Shown here piece by piece: positions 11,575 through 22,666 of a DNA stretch of 64,000 nt. How positions within the stretch are numbered: position 1 is the first letter of the stretch; every line of letters starts with the position of its first letter. Source of the stretch: Haliotis rufescens (taxonomy: Eukaryota); assembly GCF_023055435.1 (NCBI RefSeq), contig NW_025964223.1:55304001-55368000 (forward strand), in the 5' to 3' direction. The position numbers and the translations under genes are program-made. The notes under the pieces were generated by a model. It worked only from the letters and a program-made list of their open reading frames with translations, was not told the DNA's origin and searched no databases.

Positions 11575-11900
11575 CTTCTTTAATACTGTGAAAAGCGACG
11601 TTTCGGTATAGATCCTTATACCGTTGTCAAGCAAGACTGAATGAGGGACATAGTACAGAATATATAGAGTAGGTGGAGGATTAACAGTAACAGCAATTGC
11701 ATACATGAGTGGGATCACAGAGTAGGTAATGACAACAGAAGGAAAATACTGTCACATGATGGACAGAGAACACATGGAAGCCAATGGGACATGATAAGTT
11801 TACATGGGTGGGGTGATTATTGCTTAATGCGTTCATTGTAGGTGGATTGGATGAAATAGCTGTGATCTCTCTTGATTGATGGCTTGTGGCGTGAATTCGA
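11575..11900 (-). mobile_element. Penelope-like retroelement 3' remnant with a variant hammerhead-like motif
   Basis: Minus strand CTTGACAA-CGGTATA-AGGATC-TATACC-GAAACGTC (perfect stem II) then ATTAAA; upstream HKPSIKRD resembles the P-s-l-N-r-d tail of GIY-YIG PLE ORFs. Confidence 0.45.
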
Positions 11901-13384
11901 CACTGTTTATATATAGGGAATGGTGTTCGATGAGATAAAGGGTATACAATTTCACTGCTTTAATCAGATTAAAGATCAGATACAGATTTCTGTGGTTACA
12001 TAAACATCACGTTAATGGAAAAAGTAAATACATGTTTAGTCACCTTGGTGGCACATGAGTTGGGTCATTTTGTAAAACTGTCATTGTCATTCATAATTTT
12101 AATACTTGCATTATTCTGGTGGACATTATTTCCAAGACATAGTTCTGGAATACCCTTTTGTATTATGAGTTGTTTACTATTATGCAATGTATTCTCTAAG
12201 CATGCATTGTGTATATAAATATTTATGAAATTATCACAGATGTGATTATTTACAAAAATTGTACATGTTATAAGTATGGCTATTAATAATATTTTGTTTG
12301 GTGTGTGTGTAGTGCCAATCAGGAAACCAATGTGCCAAGCTTGTACTTTCTTCACTTAAGATAGAAATTGTGTATTTTGTACCCAAGTTTATTATTATTA
12401 CCTCAAACAGTAAGATCAGCAGTTGGGGTTTTCAACTTGATGAATGTGTCATGATGGTGATGACTGGATTGATGTGAATCAGAATCCTCAACTATTCAGC
12501 GTGTTATGTTTCTAGTCTAGCTTACTCAATCCTAATACTCTGGACCCATTCACTTTCATAGGACCCGTGAAGATCCGGGGTAGAATAGGCCTTCAGCAAC
12601 CCCTTTTTTGCCATGAGAGGCGACCAACGGGATCGGGTGGTCAGGCTCGCTTGTCTTGGTTGATGCATTCCATCGTATCCCAATTGTGTGGGTTGATGCT
12701 CATGATGCTCAATCACTGATCGTCTGGTCCAGATTTGATTGTTTACAGACTGTCGCCATATAGTTGGAATATTGCCGACTGCGGCGTTAAACAAAAAAAA
12801 CCAAAAAAAAATCATTATCATAGTTGTGGTTTGTTTTTTATTTAATGCTGCACTTGGCAATATTCCAGCTGTATGACAGCAGTCTGCAAATAATTGTGTC
12901 AGGACCAGACAATCCAGTGACTGATATCATGAGCATCGATCAACACAATGATACCATGCAATCAACCAAGTCACCAAGCCTGACCACCCTGACCAACCGA
13001 TCCATTTAGATGCTTCTCCTGACAAGCATGGGTTGCTGGGGACCTACATTCTTGCCTGGAATCCCCCTGGGTTAACTGAGTTTAATGTCTGATTTCAAAG
13101 ACAATGCTAGAACAAATATTCAATCAAATTACAGATTTGCAAGAAAACTAGTGTGAAGTTGTTGGTAAGAGTGAAGGTGAATTTGAAAACCCTTTCCTTG
13201 GAGAAACATTTTGGGGATTTTCCTCTCACAGAAAGCTGACACACATTCATTAGACTGAAATACTATTCAATTTGGTGATAAACCAAAGTCACTCTGTCAC
13301 AAATGTAGTCCTAATATCACTGGGACAGTCCTTTCTTGCTTCAATGTTAATATTCACAGCTTGCATAAAATCTGAATTATTATT

Positions 13385-13546
13385 GCCAGAAACCTTTGCT
13401 GTGCAGAGTTGTTTCCCTTAGTCATGCCTGAAACCTTCTCTGTGCAGGGTTGTTTCCCTTAGCCGTGCCTGAAACCTTCTCTGTGCAGAGTTGTTTCCCT
13501 TAGGTGTGCCAGAAATCTTCGCTGTGCATAGTTGTTTCCCCTAGGC
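13385..13546. repeat. 41-bp tandem repeat x~4
   Basis: GCC(A/T)GAAACCTT..CTGTGCAGAGTTGTTTCCCTTAG units. Confidence 0.85.
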
Positions 13547-13680
13547 CTTTGATCCATGTAATGTTTGTCTATTTTATGCATAGTGTCTGCAATGGTGAAA
13601 GTAAAATCATTTTTCATGAAATAAAGCCACCCCAATGCCTATTTCTTCTTAAGGATATATTGGACTCTTTTTTTATGGTT

Positions 13681-14033
13681 GACCACCTCCGTGGTCTAGT
13701 GGTAGAGCCTCCGCCCGGAGAGCGGAAGGTCTGGGGTTCGATCCCCGGCCGCGTCATACCAAAAGACGTTAAAAGATGGTACTTGTTGTTACCCTGTCTG
13801 ACGCTTGGCATTAAGGGGCTAAAGCAAGGACAGGTCGGCTCGGAGTCAGTATACTGTGTCTGAGTGGGGTATTCATGTTAAACTGCGACATATCTCAGTG
13901 AGCTAGCACTATAAATCGGCATCAGTCCGGACTAGTACAAGCAGCCACACACACACACACGTACATGCACGTCGCTATATGAGTGCAATAATCTTGGACG
14001 CAACGTTAAACCCAATTTCACTTCACCTCACCT
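13681..14033 (+). mobile_element. tRNA-derived SINE family C (V-SINE-like body)
   Basis: Box A TGGTCTAGTGG, box B GGTTCGATCC, body CGTCATACCAAAAGAC...AGCACTATAAA, (CCTCA)n tail. Near-identical copies at 58402-58706 and 59861-60216. Confidence 0.8.
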
Positions 14034-15178
14034 TTTTTAAAGTTAACATTCACTTCCATGGTATTCACTACTGTATTAATAAAGAAAAGTTCTAGTGAGC
14101 TCCAAGGGGGAATAGTGATAATGCTGTGGTAATGCTGTTTTTATTGTTCACATTTGGCATTGCTATGGTGACAGAAGCCTCACTAGAACATAATATTGTT
14201 AGATGCTGATGTTTTCCGCTTAAGTGTTGCCTGCCTTTATGCCTTCGGATCCGGGGTAGAATAGGTCTTCAGCAACCTATGCTTGCCGTAAATGGCGACT
14301 CTGCTTGTCGTAAGAGGCGACTTACAGGATCGGGTGGTCAGGCTCGCTGACTTTGTTGATGCTTGTGAACGAATCCCAATTACTAAGATCAATGCTCATG
14401 ATATCATTCACTGGTTTGTCTGGTCCAGACTTGATTATTTACAGACCACCGTCATATACCTGTAATATTGCTGAGTGAGGCATTAAACAAAAACAAACCA
14501 ATCCTGCACAAAAGAATGAAAAGTGTCCAGTTCTTCTGGCAGTGAATATATGGGGGAAATGAAATAAAATGCAATCACTTTATTACAATGTGCTTTTGTT
14601 GTATTGTGCTGTGCTAAACATTTGCAAAAACTGACTCAGTTTATTTTCTGAAATGAAACATACACATACTATAAATATCAAAATTTATTAAAACTTTTAT
14701 TCAGCATTAGGGTTAAGTCCTAGATCACATTGACAGATGTACTTCAAACATGAGGTGTTTGCTGTAACATTTCACACATGTACTTTTAAAGCTACCTGTT
14801 TCATTTGGGAAATATTCTGAAAATTATATTGTTTTATTTAGATTATTATAAGTTTGTTAATAAAAGTATTGGCATCATATGTTTTTTGTTTGTTTATCCT
14901 TATAAAAAAAACACATTATGCTTAGAAGATTAATTGGATCTGGAATGAAGAAATGCCTTGAGTTTATCTTGCAAACAAAAACCAGGTTATAGATATCTCT
15001 ATGGAATGCATAACAACATTTTAAAGCAGTGTCAACCATGAAAAAACATAAGTTTAAACTATTATTTCATTCTTGAAATAGTCTATTGTACTTCAGTCAT
15101 CCCAGTTCCATATTTTAGATCTGTTGCCAAACATTGTATGAGATTTGTGAGCATTGCTTATTTAATTATACAGACCCC

Positions 15179-18064
15179 CTGAGTAGGGGGACAAATAACT
15201 GTCTGAGTAGGAGGACAAATAACTGTCTGAGTAGGAGGACAAATAACTGTCTGAGTAGGAGGACAAATAACTGTCTGAGTAGGAGGACAAATAACTATCT
15301 GAGTAAGAGGACAAATAACTGTCTGAGAAGGGGACAAATAACTGTCTGAGTAGGAGGACAAATAACTCTCTGAGTAGGAGGACAAATAACTGTCAGAGTA
15401 GGAGGGACAAATAACTGTCTGAGTAGGAGGACAAATAACTGTCTGAGTAGGAGGACAAATAACTGTCTGAGTAGGAGGACAAATAACTGTCAGAGTAGGA
15501 GGGACAAATAACTGTCTGAGTAGGAGGACAAATAACTGTCTGAGTGGGAGGACAAATGACTGTCTGAGTAGGAGGACAAATGACTGTCTGAGTAGGAGGA
15601 CAAATAACTGTCTGAGTAGGAGGACAAATAACTGTCTGAGTAGGAGGACAAATGACTGTCTGAGTAGGAGGACAAATAACTGTCTGAGTAGGACAAATAA
15701 CTGTCTGAGTAGGAGGACAAATAACTGTCAGAGTAGGAGGGACAAATAACTGTCTGAGTAGGAGGACAAATAACTGTCTGAGTAGGAGGGACAAATAACT
15801 GTCTGAGTAGGAGGACAAATAACTGTCTGAGTAGGACAAATGACTGTCTGAGTAGGAGGACAAATAACTGAGTCGGAGGACAAATAACTGTCTGAGTAAG
15901 AGGACAAATAACTGTCTGAGTAGGAGGACAAATAACTGTCTGAGTAAGAGGACAAATAACTGAGTAGGAGGACAAATAACTGTCTGAGTGGGAGGACAAA
16001 TAACTGTCTGAGTAAGAGGACAAATAACTGTCTGAGTAGGAGGACAAATAACTGAGTAGGAGGACAAATAACTGTCTGAGTAGGAGGACAAATAACTGTC
16101 TGAGTAGGAGGACAAATAACTGTCTGAGTAGGAGGACAAATAACTGTCTGAGTGGGAGGACAAATAACTGTCTGAGTAGGAGGACAAATAACTGTCTGAG
16201 TAAGAGGACAAATAACTGTCTGAGTAGGACAAATGACTGTCTGAGTAGGAGGACAAATAACTGTCTGAGTAGGAGGACAAATAACTGAGTAGGAGGACAA
16301 ATAACTCTCTGAGTAGGAGGACAAATAACTGTCAGAGTAGGAGGGACAAATAACTGTCTGAGTAGGAGGACAAATAACTGTCTGAGTAGGAGGACAAATA
16401 ACTGTCTGAGTAGGAGGACAAATAACTGTCAGAGTAGGAGGGACAAATAACTGTCTGAGTAGGAGGACAAATAACTGTCTGAGTAGGAGGACAAATAACT
16501 GTCAGAGTAGGAGGGACAAATAACTGTCTGAGTGGGAGGACAAATAACTGTCTGAGTAGGACAAATAACTGTCTGAGTAGGAGGACAAATAACTGTCTGA
16601 GTAGGAGGACAAATAACTGTCAGAGTAGGAGGGACAAATAACTGTCAGAGTAGGAGGGACAAATAACTGTCTGAGTAGGAGGGACAAATAACTGTCAGAG
16701 TAGGAGGGACAAATAACTGTCTGAGTGGGAGGACAAATAACTGTCTGAGTAGGACAAATGACTGTCTGAGTAGGAGGACAAATAACTGAGTCGGAGGACA
16801 AATAACTGTCTGAGTAAGAGGACAAATAACTGTCTGAGTAGGAGGACAAATAACTGTCTGAGTAAGAGGACAAATAACTGAGTAGGAGGACAAATAACTG
16901 TCTGAGTGGGAGGACAAATAACTGAGTAGGAGGACAAATAACTGTCTGAGTAGGAGGACAAATAACTGTCTGAGTAGGGACAAATAACTGTCTGAGTGGG
17001 AGGACAAATAACTGTCTGAGTAGGAGGACAAATAACTGTCTGAGTAAGAGGACAAATAACTGAGTAGGAGGACAAATAACTGAGTAGGAGGACAAATAAC
17101 TGTCTGAGTGGGAGGACAAATAACTGAGTAGGAGGACAAATAACTGTCTGAGTAGGAGGACAAATAACTGTCTGAGTAAGAGGACAAATAACTGAGTAGG
17201 AGGACAAATAACTGAGTAGGAGGACAAATAACTGTCTGAGTGGGAGGACAAATAACTGAGTAGGAGGACAAATAACTGTCTGAGTAGGAGGACAAATAAC
17301 TGTCTGAGTAGGGACAAATAACTGTCTGAGTGGGAGGACAAATAACTGTCTGAGTAGGAGGACAAATAACTGTCTGAGTAAGAGGACAAATAACTGAGTA
17401 GGAGGACAAATAACTGAGTAGGAGGACAAATAACTGTCTGAGTGGGAGGACAAATAACTGAGTAGGAGGACAAATAACTGTCTGAGTAGGAGGACAAATA
17501 ACTGTCTGAGTAAGAGGACAAATAACTGAGTAGGAGGACAAATAACTGAGTAGGAGGACAAATAACTGTCTGAGTGGGAGGACAAATAACTGAGTAGGAG
17601 GACAAATAACTGTCTGAGTAGGAGGACAAATAACTGTCTGAGTAAGAGGACAAATAACTGAGTAGGAGGACAAATAACTGAGTAGGAGGACAAATAACTG
17701 TCTGAGTGGGAGGACAAATAACTGAGTAGGAGGACAAATAACTGTCTGAGTAGGAGGACAAATAACTGTCTGAGTAGGGACAAATAACTGTCTGAGTGGG
17801 AGGACAAATAACTGAGTCGGAGGACAAATAACTGTCTGAGTAGGAGGACAAATAACTGTCTGAGTAGGAGGACAAATAACTGTCTGAGTAGGAGGACAAA
17901 TAACTGTCTGAGTAAGAGGACAAATAACTGAGTGGGAGGACAAATGACTGTCTGAGTAGGAGGACAAATAACTGTCTGAGTAGGAGGACAAATAACTGTC
18001 TGAGTAGGAGGACAAATAACTGTCTGAGTAGGAGGACAAATAACTGTCTGAGTAGGGGGACAAA
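15179..18064. repeat. 24-bp minisatellite, ~2.9 kb, with 20/21/22/25-bp variants
   Basis: Consensus CTGAGTAGGAGGACAAATAACTGT; a 132-bp higher-order unit is visible around 17.0-17.8 kb. Confidence 0.97.
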
Positions 18065-18851
18065 GCAGCACAGGGTGTTGTCCATGGAGGCCAACCATGT
18101 AATTGGTTATGAGTTCTGGGAGTGCGTCATGTAACAGTAAAAACGCTTCATCCATTTGGAGAATCTCTTGCTGGTTTTCAGTGAGAGCACCCTTGCCACT
18201 AAGCTACGCAACCGACCACCCTCCAGAGTCCAGATTGTCCGGACCCCCGACCTCCCCGCCCCCCTCCCCCTATTCCTACTTGAAACCCAAATGTAGTATG
18301 TTGTAGGCAGTACAATTATGAGAGATGATTTTGCTGTTTTTGACCCAGTCCTTTTTGAAAATGCTGAATCCTCCCTTGATGTGTGCCATTGTACCCCTCG
18401 GGCGATGAAGGTAGTCGCCCAGCCTGTCAACCAATGTGTTGTCCGGTCAGGCCCGATTAGTGACACCGGCCTTCATATAGCTGGAGTTTTGCTGTATGAC
18501 TAATGTGAAGATCAACACAAAACGTCAATGTCAGAGGATATCCGCCGAAACAGATTCCATTGGGCGTAAAAGGCAAAATAGCGGTGAATCATGTCCTTGC
18601 ATGTGTGAAAAAGCGAATTCAAAACAAAACACATAACTAATTTCATTTATTTGTAATTAGGAATATCAGCGAAAACAATTCAAAAATTATTTAAAAACAG
18701 GATAACATATTTATGATGTTCAAGGAACAACAACCTGTTAACGAAGAAACATCAATTTACGATTGCGAAAGTGGCTTTTCATTTTTTTAGGAATGACGTT
18801 TGCTTAGAACATTTAATTTGAAATAGGCAATTTAGAGTAAGTTCAGGATAA

Positions 18852-20392
18852 TTAACAGAAAAATCGTTTAAAATAGTCGTTCTTTAGAGCAAGTTTGGCT
18901 GTAATTCTATCTAAAGGATTTAAGTCAAGACACTTCTTCAAAAGTGACACAAGCTTTCGGTCAGGAATGTCAAGACCAGATACGTCCAGCTGATTGTGGT
19001 CTTGGGCGATGAACTGAGGTGGTTTTCCCGTCAGACTCTCATACACTGACGCACCAAACATCCACATGTCAAAGGACTTCATTATCTTGTCTTCAACATC
19101 CCTTGTCTTGTTCTGTGGATTGTAGCTTCCGGTACCAAGCCTGATCGCATCGCCAAAGTCGATAACTTTGACCTTTCCACCCTGTCCAATGAGTATATGG
19201 TCTGGCGTTATGTCCCCATGGACTACGTCATGGCTGTGAAGATGTTCAAGACACGTGACAACTTGTTTCATGACTTTCTTCATCGCACCTTGTCTGCGAG
19301 CCTGGCACTTCCTGGCAATGAACTCGGCCATGTTGGATCCGCCGACATACTCCAGTATCATGACTTGGCGGCCCTTGTGTTCAAATAGTTCATAGGCTTT
19401 GATAATGTTCTTGTGTTGGACCTGACCAATGATGTTAAACTCAGTGGTCCATGCTTTGGACACTTCCATCGGGTCTCTGTTTCTTGGGTGCGACACTTTG
19501 GCTGCAAATACTTTTCCGTCTTTGAACACATTGTACACAGTGGCGTTAGCACCAGAGCGGATGACCTCACGGAACATGTAGCCATGGATTGTGAGGCCGA
19601 GGAACGGGTCGCGTGGGAGTGAGCGGAGAAACCCCTCCCCAGCTGATTGAGGTAACTGACAGTTTTCAGGGTGGCGCTGGTTGCAAGGGGGAGTCGCGGC
19701 ATCCGCGGGAGGCGTTGATTTAGACACACACTCCACCAGTCGCTCTACGTCCGACAGACATTTTCTCCATAGTTCTGCTGCAGCATTGTGATGTCCGGCT
19801 TGATGAGCCCACGTCAGATGAGGATCTGAAGACAGTGAAATCATCACATTACAAGTGTTCAGATTTACATAAATTACACACACACACACACACACACTGC
19901 AAAGACATCTAGCAATCAACAAGGTAGACGTGGATGCAAGGTACGCAAATGGAAAGTACGGGGAATCAGAACTCTAATTTGGCCATGTTTTGAAAATAAA
20001 TTATATTAATTATGATAGCTGCTGCTTGTGTGAAATCGGCTAATATGTTTTTTGTCTTGTTTTAAGACGGACACGTTTCAATACAGATTTAATTGGTTTC
20101 AGGAAAAGAATAAAAATAAATGGATTCTAGAGAGAAATGCAAATGTATTAAGCAGCTTTATGATGGCATGTTTAAGAAGTATCGCACGTTTATACAATAG
20201 TTTAAGACTTTTGTGAAAAACAACCACCCGCCGTCTACAATCTGTTAAAAAATCCATTTCGAATTTGCTGGATCGTTCTTTAAAAACTTAATCTTTTTTT
20301 AGAGACCTCGCGCCGCACAACTAATCTAACAGTAAACCCGTTTGGGGTTAATTATACTGACAATAATATTACTTACCAGGAGCCATATCCAT
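18852..20392 (-). CDS. Atypical Ser/Thr protein kinase-fold protein, copy 1 (329 aa, 2 exons)
   Basis: Exon 1 20392-20377 (ATGGATATGGCTCCTG|GTAAGT) and exon 2 19825-18852 (TTCAG|ATCCT), phase-1 join giving MDMAPDPHLTW... Motifs RSGANATVY, FAAK, TEF, HKNII, ILEY, HGDITPDH, IDFG, DMWMFG, PLDRIT. Confidence 0.88.
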
Positions 20393-20458
20393 GAGGGTAT
20401 TGTAACCGATTTTCAGAATAACACGAGCTGTATTTTAGATTAAATCGCCTTACAAAGT

Positions 20459-20546
20459 TTCCGTGAAGAGAAACCACGCCTCGTCTCTAGCGCAATGTGG
20501 CTAAATGTGACGTTCCCTTCTGTGACGTCACACGTTTATGACGTCA
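20459..20546 (-). promoter_or_regulatory. Putative proximal promoter of the kinase gene: two full CREs, one half CRE, one GAS-like site (repeated in each unit)
   Basis: TGACGTCA at 20523-20530 and 20539-20546, TGACG at 20508-20512 and TTCCGTGAA at 20459-20467, lying 70-155 bp upstream of the ATG. Confidence 0.5.
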
Positions 20547-21129
20547 TGTGAGATGTTTTCCGGTTTAACGGGGTCCGGATGAACGAGGCTAGGCTGTTTA
20601 TTTAGAAGGCCAGGTTGCATGATTTTTATAAACGTTTCGGCTGCAGTTAAAAACGAGATTCGTTATTAACATGTGATAAGACCCTGCCTTGTTATATATT
20701 TTTTCTGTTTAATCTACAAATGTATACGTAAAAGTGAGAAGCCTATTTATGGTATGGTGTCCCCCGACGTGATATTGCTGGAATATTGCTAAAAACGGCA
20801 TAAAACCCTACTCACTCACTCACAAAAGTAAAAAGTTTGTACTTAGAGGTTTTCCGTTGTCTTTGAAAGTTCTGAAGAGGTCATCCCTCGGTGAAAAAAA
20901 ACACACATTACACTGGCCTACAAATATATGAAATTTGTGCCCCCGAAGACATTGGCATATCGATCGATTCCCAGACGAGGAGTTAACTCTGTTTGATCTC
21001 TTACAATGATGATGTTTTCATAACGTTTTATTTTTTTATTTGCGGAATATATATTATAATCTGACCTGGTCCAAGTCCGCATTCCTTTGAAATGTCAAAG
21101 TGCTTTTGTCTCTCCATCTCAGGTTTATA

Positions 21130-21289
21130 GAGTGAGTGAGTGAGTATGGTTTTACGCCGCTTTTAGCAATATTCCAACAATATCACGACGGGGGACGCCA
21201 GAAATGGGCTTCACATATTGTACCCATGTCGGGAATCGAACCCGGGTGACGAGCGAACGCTTTTACCACTAGGCTACCCGACCGCCCTC
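21130..21289 (-). mobile_element. SINE family A within the kinase repeat unit (also at ~24967, ~28878, ~32751, ~36618)
   Basis: Reverse-oriented family A sequence flanked by a ~10-bp TSD GGTTTATAGA. Confidence 0.85.
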
Positions 21290-21550
21290 GGGTTCATAGA
21301 CAATGATAAGATTAGAGGATATTTTATGTCTTCCTGCAGTATCCTTCTTTTACATTCCTATAAGACCCATTCTAATCCGGATCTTCACGGGTCTACTGAC
21401 ATATTTATAACCAGATGGCACAAAACGATAAAAGTAGATGGTTTGCGCACCTACCTGTACAAGACACAATACTCTACCACATGTATGGATCCCGTGCTAC
21501 TACAGCAACCTTGCAAACACGACTTGATCGTCTCGATAATAGATCTACGG

Positions 21551-21657
21551 GGTTCCGTTCCACAAAATGATCTTAGCGCTACGATGATCGTAACTCCCAT
21601 ACTTTGAAATAGGCTTACGACTATCGTAGCGCTAAGATCGCTTTGTGGAACTAGGCC
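21551..21657. mobile_element. ~107-bp palindromic PIF/Harbinger-like MITE within the kinase repeat unit
   Basis: GTTCCACAAAATGATCTTAGCGCTACGAT / ATCGTAGCGCTAAGATCGCTTTGTGGAAC inverted repeats. Confidence 0.7.
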
Positions 21658-22666
21658 CTGAATTTTATTGAACCTTTGTGAGACTTGACTGATCATGGGC
21701 CAGTTTCGTCATTTCCCGCCATGTTATTCGTCCATGCGTTGGTTCTGTATCAGGAAGAGATTGCCTTGTAGTTGGTAAGTGATGCCGATCGTGGCCATGT
21801 ACATGTAGTACGTTCAGTCGAAATAAACCGTCACTTGACACTTTATCTAATCATTTCTGTTAAGTTTCAGAAGTGTTCAACATACCTAGTAACCTCGTGT
21901 CATATTGCTGATGGAGGTTTCCGTTAAAAGTACACTTGGCATTATTTATCACTTATATAACAGCTTGGCCCCATTGACCTCTGAATAAAAGTTAGGCAGC
22001 ATCTTATCGCCCTGTCTGTCATGAGACCTCTACCCCAAGTGTGGATTCCGGAGCAGTAGTGTTCCCAGAATCCCCTATTTGTCACAGGTGGTTACCATTG
22101 AGGATCGGATGGTTACAATGACTGGATCGGGTGTTACCTGTAATGTTGTACGTCTTCTAAGAATATTGTTGACCTTGAAGAAAAATTGCCACACTCACTC
22201 ACTCACTCACTCGAGCTGTCAACCAATGTGTGGTCTGGGTCCGGCCCGATTAGTGACACCAGCCTTCATATCGCTGGAGTTTTGCTGGATGAGGCATAAA
22301 GGACTAATATGAGGATAAATACAAAATGTCAAGGCCAGAGAATATCCGCCGAAACAGATTCCATTGGGCGTAAAAGGCAAAATCGCTGTGAAACATGTCC
22401 TTGCAAAGAAGAGAATTCAAAACAAAACACAAAACTAATTTCATTTCATTGTATTGATTGATAACGGTATTTGGAATTAGGAATATAAGCTTAAACATTT
22501 TAAAGTTCATTTAAAAACAGGATAACATATTTTTGAGGTTCCCGGAACAAAAACCTGACAACGAAGAAACATCAATTGCGAAAGTGGCTTTTCGTTTTTT
22601 GAGGAATGACGTTTGCATTCTAAACATTTAATTTGAAATAGGCAATTGAGAGTAAGTTCAGGATAA

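Noticed and set aside
15134-18155. Long ORFs (185-530 aa) of SYSDSYLS / PPTQTVIC / LLRQLFVL repeats
   Set aside because: Artefact of a 24-bp minisatellite that is stop-free on the minus strand; frames switch constantly through 20/25-bp variants, which indicates no coding constraint.
19197-19729. Overlapping and antisense ORFs inside the kinase exon
   Set aside because: Shadow frames of the kinase CDS with no independent evidence.
21218-22510. Small ORFs (129, 81, 77, 68 aa) recurring in each kinase unit
   Set aside because: They overlap SINE and MITE sequence, many have non-ATG starts, and they recur only because the unit is duplicated.
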